From positions 1-39,162 of the forward strand of contig JBCCAW010000003.1 in NCBI GenBank assembly GCA_039814655.1: 39,162 bases of DNA, given 5' to 3'. The notes under the pieces are model-generated. The model was not told where the DNA came from and did no database searches. It saw only the letters and a list, made by a program, of their open reading frames with translations. Positions 34,189 through 39,162 of the stretch are shown here, piece after piece (positions within the stretch are counted from its first letter, which is position 1; the number at the start of each line of letters is the position of its first letter). A program made the position numbers and the translations under genes. This DNA is from Myxococcota bacterium (GTDB taxonomy: Bacteria > Myxococcota_A > Polyangia > Polyangiales > Houyiibacteriaceae).

Positions 34189-35967
34189 ATGACCTGGGCT
34201 CTCGCTGCGAGCGCCGTGGCCGCGGCGCTCGCCCTGCTCATCGCGGTGGTTCCGCGAAGTGCCCGGTGGGTGGAGGCGCTCTGGAGCTTCGCGGTCGCAG
34301 CGGGCCTCGCGCTCGCGGTGGGAACGCTTCTCCCCGAAGCCGTCGAGCACGTGGGCCTCGGAGCTCTCGCCGTGGCCGCCTTCGCCATGGCCGCGGCCGG
34401 TGGCCTCGAACGCTTCGGCCCTCCGGCGACGCGACGTTGGGGCCTCGAGCTAGGCTTCTTGGCGCTGCTGCTGCACCGCCTGGGCGACGGCTGGATGCTC
34501 GCGCGCCTGGGCACGCAGGAGCACGTGGCGGGTGTGGCCGTGGTCGCCGCGCATCAGGTCCCCATCCTCGCGCTCGTGGCGCTGGCCTTCGGGCGCAAGA
34601 GCCCGCGCGCGGCCGCAACGCGCATCGCGCTGCTGCTTGGCGCGACGTGGCTGGGTGCGGGCCTCGGCGCGGGGGTGCCGCAGCCGGGAGGCTGGGCCAC
34701 GGCGGCCGTCGCCGGGCTGCTGATTCACATCGTCATGCACGGCGCGTCCCTCGCTCCGCACGGCCACGGCCACGGCCACGGCCACGGCCACGGCCACGGC
34801 CACGGCCACGGCCACGAGCGGGAGCCCGCGGCGAAGCCAAGCCCGGTGCTGGAACTCCTCGCCGTCGGCCTCGGCGGAGGCCTCGTGCTCCTTGGGGGCG
34901 ACGGCCACGGCCACGCGCACGGCGACGCGCTTCGGTCACGGGTGCTGGGGAGCTTCGCCGAGCTCTTCCTGGAGACGGCCCCGGTCTTGATCTTCGGCCT
35001 CGTGCTCGGGGCGGCCTTTCAGTCCACGGGCTTCCGGCTCCCGCGCTGGGCCGCCGGCGGCGCCGGAGGGCTCCGCCACGATGCGTCGCTCGCGGCGCGG
35101 GGTGCGCTCGTCGGCGCGCCCCTCCCCGTCTGTGCCTGCGGCGTGCTCCCGCTGGCCGAGAGCCTGCGCCGGCGCGGCGGCGCGGCGCCCTTCGTGGTGG
35201 CCTTTCTCCTCGCCACACCGGAGCTCGGCATCGAGACCTTCGCGCTCTCGGTGCGCTTCCTCGGCTGGCCCCTCGCGCTGGCTCGCCTCGCCGCCGCGCT
35301 GCTCGTGGCCTTCGCCGCGGCCCTGCTCGTCGCGCGCGCCGGGAGCCGGCGCGAACGCGAGGCGCTCCACGCGGGCCCGCTGGACGTGGAGGAGGCGCCG
35401 GACGGCTTCGGCGCCCGCTTTCGCGGCCAGCTCGATGCGCTCGCGGCCCACGTGCTCCCGTGGACGCTCGTGGGGCTGGTGGCCGCGGCCTTCGTCGACG
35501 CGGCGCTCCCCGAAGCCGGTCTGGCCCTGTCCGGACCGCGCGCCTACGTCGCGACCTCTTTGATCGCGATCCCGGCCTACGTCTGTGCCGCGTCGGCGAC
35601 GCCCCTCGCCGCGGTGCTCGTGGCCAAGGGCCTTGCGCCGGGCGCGGCCCTGGTGGGGCTGCTCCTCGGTCCCGCGACGAACCTCGCGACGCTCGGTTGG
35701 CTGCGGGCCGCCTCCGGCGGCCGCGCCGTCGCGCTGACCCTCGTGGGCCTCGTTGCCGTGACCTGGGCCTCCGGGGCGCTCGTGGACGCGGCGGCACTCG
35801 CGCCCCCTCCCCCGCCGGTGGCCGACACGCATGGCCACGGCGCCCTTGGCTGGGCCCTTGCCGTCGCGCTCGGCGGCCTCGCGCTCAAGGGCATCGCCGA
35901 GACGGGCTTGCGCGGGTGGCTCGGCAGCCTGGGCGAGGGGCTCGGAGGCGTCCCCGCGGCGTCCTGA
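34189..35967 (+). CDS. His-rich metal permease (ZIP-like N-half plus ArsP/DUF318-like C-half)
   Basis: LLLHRLGDG and AAHQVP (ZIP-like); (HG)9H loop; PVCACGVLP, FLLATPE, YVCAASATP, GPATN (DUF318-like). Confidence 0.82.
   Translation: MTWALAASAVAAALALLIAVVPRSARWVEALWSFAVAAGLALAVGTLLPEAVEHVGLGALAVAAFAMAAAGGLERFGPPATRRWGLELGFLALLLHRLGDGWMLARLGTQEHVAGVAVVAAHQVPILALVALAFGRKSPRAAATRIALLLGATWLGAGLGAGVPQPGGWATAAVAGLLIHIVMHGASLAPHGHGHGHGHGHGHGHGHGHEREPAAKPSPVLELLAVGLGGGLVLLGGDGHGHAHGDALRSRVLGSFAELFLETAPVLIFGLVLGAAFQSTGFRLPRWAAGGAGGLRHDASLAARGALVGAPLPVCACGVLPLAESLRRRGGAAPFVVAFLLATPELGIETFALSVRFLGWPLALARLAAALLVAFAAALLVARAGSRREREALHAGPLDVEEAPDGFGARFRGQLDALAAHVLPWTLVGLVAAAFVDAALPEAGLALSGPRAYVATSLIAIPAYVCAASATPLAAVLVAKGLAPGAALVGLLLGPATNLATLGWLRAASGGRAVALTLVGLVAVTWASGALVDAAALAPPPPPVADTHGHGALGWALAVALGGLALKGIAETGLRGWLGSLGEGLGGVPAAS
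34759..34815 (+). repeat. Perfect hexanucleotide tandem (CACGGC)9 plus CAC
   Basis: Counted directly; encodes (HG)9H. Confidence 0.95.
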
Positions 35968-36024
35968 GCCAGCTTGGACAACGCGTGTCCCAGAAGAACG
36001 AGCGCGCCAGGTATGCTGCGCCCG

Positions 36025-37572
36025 GTGGACGAGCAAGACCGGACGCTGCAGAGCCTGCGGACCGCCCCCGTGGCGCGCCCCGGCGGCCAGCGCGCGCGGC
36101 TCGTGGTGCTCGCCGGCGACCGGCCCGGGCGCAAGCTGCCGGTGGAGAGCGCGCTCCACCTCGGCCGCTCGAGCTCGTCGGACCTTCATATCGACGACGT
36201 GCAGGCCTCGCGACGCCACGCACGCATCGACCGATCGAGCGGCGGCTACTTCCTGCTCGAAGACCTGGGCAGCCGGAACGGAACCCGCGTCAACGGCGAG
36301 CCCGTGAAGGGCAGCGTGGCCCTCGCCTTCGGCGACCGCATCGAGGTCGGCGAGACGGTGGTGCTCTTCGCGCATCACGACCCGCTCGAAGAGCAGCTCG
36401 TCGAGCGGCAAAAGCTCGAGGCCATCGGCCGCTTGGGCACGGGCATCGCCCACGACTTCAACAACCTTCTCGGGGCCATCACGGCCAGCCTGGATTTCCT
36501 CGGGGAGCTGGATGGCGGTACGCGTATCGACGACGATGACGTGCGCGCCTGCCTCGACGACGTGCGTCACGCCGGCGACCGCGCGGCGGAGCTCACGCGC
36601 CGCTTGCTCGGCTTTGCGCGGCGAACGCACCGGCGGCCGGCGTCCGTCAACCTGAGCCGGCTGGTCGACGAGCTGCATGGGCTGCTCTCGCGGACCTTCG
36701 ATCGGGCCATCGCTATCGAGCTCGACGCGGCGCCGGCCGTTCGCGTCCTCGGCGACCGGGGCCAGCTGCACCAGCTCTTGATGAACCTCGCCATCAACGC
36801 GCGGGACGCCATGGCCGAGGGCGGCACGCTACGCCTCGTGCTTCGCCATGCGACGGAAGCGGACCTCGCGGCGCTCCCCTACCGTGACCGCGACGCCTAC
36901 GTGCTGCTCGAGGTCCATGACACCGGCGTCGGCATGGACGAGGAGACGCGAAAGCGCATCTTCGAGCCCTTCTTCACGACCAAGAGCCCGGAGGGCGGCG
37001 CGGGTCTCGGGCTGGCCACGGTGTACGAGGTCATCGACACCCACGGCGGCCACGTGCAGGTGGAGAGCGCGAAGGGAGCGGGAACGACCTTCCGCATCTG
37101 GCTCCCCACAGGCACGCGCGAAGAAGGCGTGACGACGGACACCGCGGACCATGTCGTGCACCTCATGCGCTGGGACCGCACGCATACGCTCCGGGTCCTG
37201 CTCGTCGATGACGAAGCGCTGATGCGCCGGAGCGCCCGGCGCCTGCTCGTGCAGTTCGGTCACTCCGTGGACGAGGCCAGCGACGGCCTGGAGGCCCTCG
37301 AGCGCTTCCGGAACAGCACGCCGCCCCCGGACGCGGTGGTGCTGGACATCAACATGCCTCGCCTCGGCGGCGTGGAGACCTTCGAGCGCCTTCGGGCGCT
37401 CGACGCCACACTGCCCGTCATCTTCGCCTCCGGGTACCTCGAACCGGACCTCGAGCGCCGGCTCCTCGAGGCCGGCGCCCTGGCCGTGCTCGAAAAGCCC
37501 TTCAAGATCGAGGTGATGCGCGGCCTCCTGGCGGCCGTGGTTCCCCGCGCGGAGCGCGGCGACGAGCGCTGA
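36025..37572 (+). CDS. FHA-domain hybrid histidine kinase / response regulator
   Basis: FHA (LGRS, SRRHA, DLGSRNGT); H-box GIAHDFNNLL; N-box NLAINARDAM; DTGVGM, FEPFFTTK, GLGLA; receiver VDDE...LDINMP...KPF. Start GTG 36025 or ATG 36013. Confidence 0.92.
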   Translation: MDEQDRTLQSLRTAPVARPGGQRARLVVLAGDRPGRKLPVESALHLGRSSSSDLHIDDVQASRRHARIDRSSGGYFLLEDLGSRNGTRVNGEPVKGSVALAFGDRIEVGETVVLFAHHDPLEEQLVERQKLEAIGRLGTGIAHDFNNLLGAITASLDFLGELDGGTRIDDDDVRACLDDVRHAGDRAAELTRRLLGFARRTHRRPASVNLSRLVDELHGLLSRTFDRAIAIELDAAPAVRVLGDRGQLHQLLMNLAINARDAMAEGGTLRLVLRHATEADLAALPYRDRDAYVLLEVHDTGVGMDEETRKRIFEPFFTTKSPEGGAGLGLATVYEVIDTHGGHVQVESAKGAGTTFRIWLPTGTREEGVTTDTADHVVHLMRWDRTHTLRVLLVDDEALMRRSARRLLVQFGHSVDEASDGLEALERFRNSTPPPDAVVLDINMPRLGGVETFERLRALDATLPVIFASGYLEPDLERRLLEAGALAVLEKPFKIEVMRGLLAAVVPRAERGDER

Positions 37573-37581
37573 GCGGCACGC

Positions 37582-38655
37582 GTGATCAAGTACCTCGGCA
37601 GCAAGCGGCGGCTCTTGCCGGTGATCGTGGCCGGCGCGCGCGCGCTGGTCCCGGAGCGCGGCCGGGCCCTCGACCTCTTCAGCGGCACGTCTCGCGTGGG
37701 CCACGCGCTGAAGGGCGCGGGGTTTCACGTCGTGGCCAATGACCAGCTCGCCTTCGCAGCCACGCTCGCACGCTGCTACGTGGCCGCGGACGCGAAGCGC
37801 TGGGCCGAGCCCGCGGCCTCGCTCCTTCGGGAGCTCGCCGAGGTCCCGGCGCGGCCGGGCTACTTCACGCGTACCTTCTGCGAGGAAGCGCGCTTTCTTC
37901 AACCGAAGAACGGCGCCCGCGTGGACGCGCTTCGCGACCGCATCGCGGCCCTCGACCTGCCGGAAGCGCTCGAGGCCATCGCCCTCACGTCGCTCATGGA
38001 GGCCGCGGACCGCGTGGACTCGACCACGGGCGTGCACATGGCCTACCTCAAGCGCTGGGCGCCGCGCGCGCACAAGGACCTGACCCTTCGCCTGCCGGCC
38101 CTCCTTCCCGGACCCGGCGAGGCCATCGAGGGTGACGCGGTCGACGCCGCCGGTTCCGTGGACGCGGACCTCGCCTACCTCGATCCGCCGTACAATCAGC
38201 ACAGCTACCTCGGCAACTACCACCTCTGGGAAACGCTCGTGCGCTGGGATGCGCCGGAGGCCTACGGCGTCGCGCGCAAGCGCACGGACGTCCGCGAGCG
38301 GAAGAGCCCCTTCAACTCGAAGCGGCGCATCACCGAGGCCTTCGAAGCCGTGGTCGCCGCGATGCGCGCGCCGCGGCTCCTCGTGAGCCAAAGCGACGAG
38401 GCCTACCTCGCGCCGGACACGGTCAGGGCGATGCTCGCGGAGCGGGGGCATGTGGGCGTCGTCGCCATCGACACGAAGCGCTACGTGGGAGCACAGATCG
38501 GCATTCACGACCCGAAGGGGCGGCGCGTCGGGACCGTGAAGAAGCTCCGGAACCAGGAGCTGATCTTCGCGGTGGCGCCCACGCAAGCGGAGGTGGAGCG
38601 CGCCTGCGCCGCCATGGGGGCCGCGGCGGGCTCGGCGCGCGGAGCCGTGTCGTGA
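37582..38655 (+). CDS. DNA adenine methyltransferase (D12/Dam-like class)
   Basis: IKYLGSKRRL, motif I DLFSGT, motif IV YLDPPYN. Confidence 0.9.
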   Translation: MIKYLGSKRRLLPVIVAGARALVPERGRALDLFSGTSRVGHALKGAGFHVVANDQLAFAATLARCYVAADAKRWAEPAASLLRELAEVPARPGYFTRTFCEEARFLQPKNGARVDALRDRIAALDLPEALEAIALTSLMEAADRVDSTTGVHMAYLKRWAPRAHKDLTLRLPALLPGPGEAIEGDAVDAAGSVDADLAYLDPPYNQHSYLGNYHLWETLVRWDAPEAYGVARKRTDVRERKSPFNSKRRITEAFEAVVAAMRAPRLLVSQSDEAYLAPDTVRAMLAERGHVGVVAIDTKRYVGAQIGIHDPKGRRVGTVKKLRNQELIFAVAPTQAEVERACAAMGAAAGSARGAVS

Positions 38656-39162
38656 AGGGGCCGGCCCCGCCGGGCCGCGGGGCGCCGCCGGCCGCGCCCC
38701 TGCACCTCGACGCGCCGGACCTCGACGCAGCGAAACTCGACGCAGCGGGCCTCGACGCACCGCCGGGGGCCACTCCGGCGCTCCGGCGGCAGGCCTTCGC
38801 GGCGCTACCGCGACCTGAACGGCTGGACCGGCTCCTCGCCATGACGCTTGCGCTGCGCGCGGGCGGGGCCGCACGTTGGGCGCCGCTTGCCGAGCGCGCG
38901 GGGCTGCCGCTGGGCGAAGTGCTCGCGTCGCCCTTCAGCCTGCGCGCCGTGGCCCTCGCGGCGGCCGAGGGCGCCACGACCACGCACCGCGAGCTACGGA
39001 GCCTCGCCGCCGAGGGGCCCTGGCCCGACGCCGTACGCGACCCGGCGCACGGCCGTTGGGAGCGTGGCGTCTTGCGCGTGGGGAAGTACGAAGGGTTCCA
39101 ACAGGACGCGCCCTTTGCCTGCTTCGACCCGGCCCACGGCGCCAAATGGGGCCCCCATGAGC
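38652..39162 (+). CDS. 5' part of a hypothetical gene running off the window
   Basis: GTGA overlap with the methyltransferase stop; frame open to the edge, ending GKYEGFQQDAPFACFDPAHGAKWGPHE. Confidence 0.65.
   Translation, partial: MKGPAPPGRGAPPAAPLHLDAPDLDAAKLDAAGLDAPPGATPALRRQAFAALPRPERLDRLLAMTLALRAGGAARWAPLAERAGLPLGEVLASPFSLRAVALAAAEGATTTHRELRSLAAEGPWPDAVRDPAHGRWERGVLRVGKYEGFQQDAPFACFDPAHGAKWGPHE
38706..38765 (+). repeat. Four imperfect 15-bp tandem units (CTCGACGC core)
   Basis: Cores at 38706, 38721, 38736 and 38751 encode LDAPD-LDAAK-LDAAG-LDAPP. Confidence 0.8.

Noticed and set aside
34759-34815. CRISPR array or mobile repeat (also 38706-38765 and 33426-33548)
   Set aside because: Short in-frame coding tandem repeats with no spacers.
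37582-38655. Complete restriction-modification system
   Set aside because: No recognisable endonuclease adjacent within the window.
38876-39160. 94-aa ORF in the track
   Set aside because: Wrong frame; the open-ended frame from GTG 38652 has better codon usage and is coupled to the methyltransferase stop.

Overview
Very GC-rich bacterial DNA with gene content typical of Myxococcota (Polyangiales-like: Myxococcus Cys-rich repeat, DM-linker lipoproteins, FHA hybrid kinase, Ser/Thr kinase fold). About 33 coding regions. Housekeeping genes include rpsN, rpmG, rpmB, rpmE type B, a HIT protein, sufE, hemB, hflX and topA. There is also a Fur/Zur regulator with a His-rich permease, an FHA hybrid histidine kinase and an orphan adenine methyltransferase. 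The most interesting part is a ~9 kb cassette between hemB and rpmE (9003-18006). It holds a translationally coupled operon: ECF sigma, membrane anti-sigma candidate, TPR-CHAT (caspase-like) protease and lipoprotein subtilase. A large beta-helix lipoprotein gene is transcribed divergently. This resembles a CRISPR-free, probably envelope-located version of the CHAT protease/anti-sigma/sigma logic of type III-E CRISPR CASP systems. Other signals: zinc-independent protein variants throughout, a pseudokinase beside an HPD-less J-like protein, a flippase-sulfatase fusion, repeated leaderless-type promoters, and small genes missed by the ORF track. I saw no rRNA, tRNA, CRISPR array, transposase or integrase. 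All calls come from reading motifs by eye; no searches were run.
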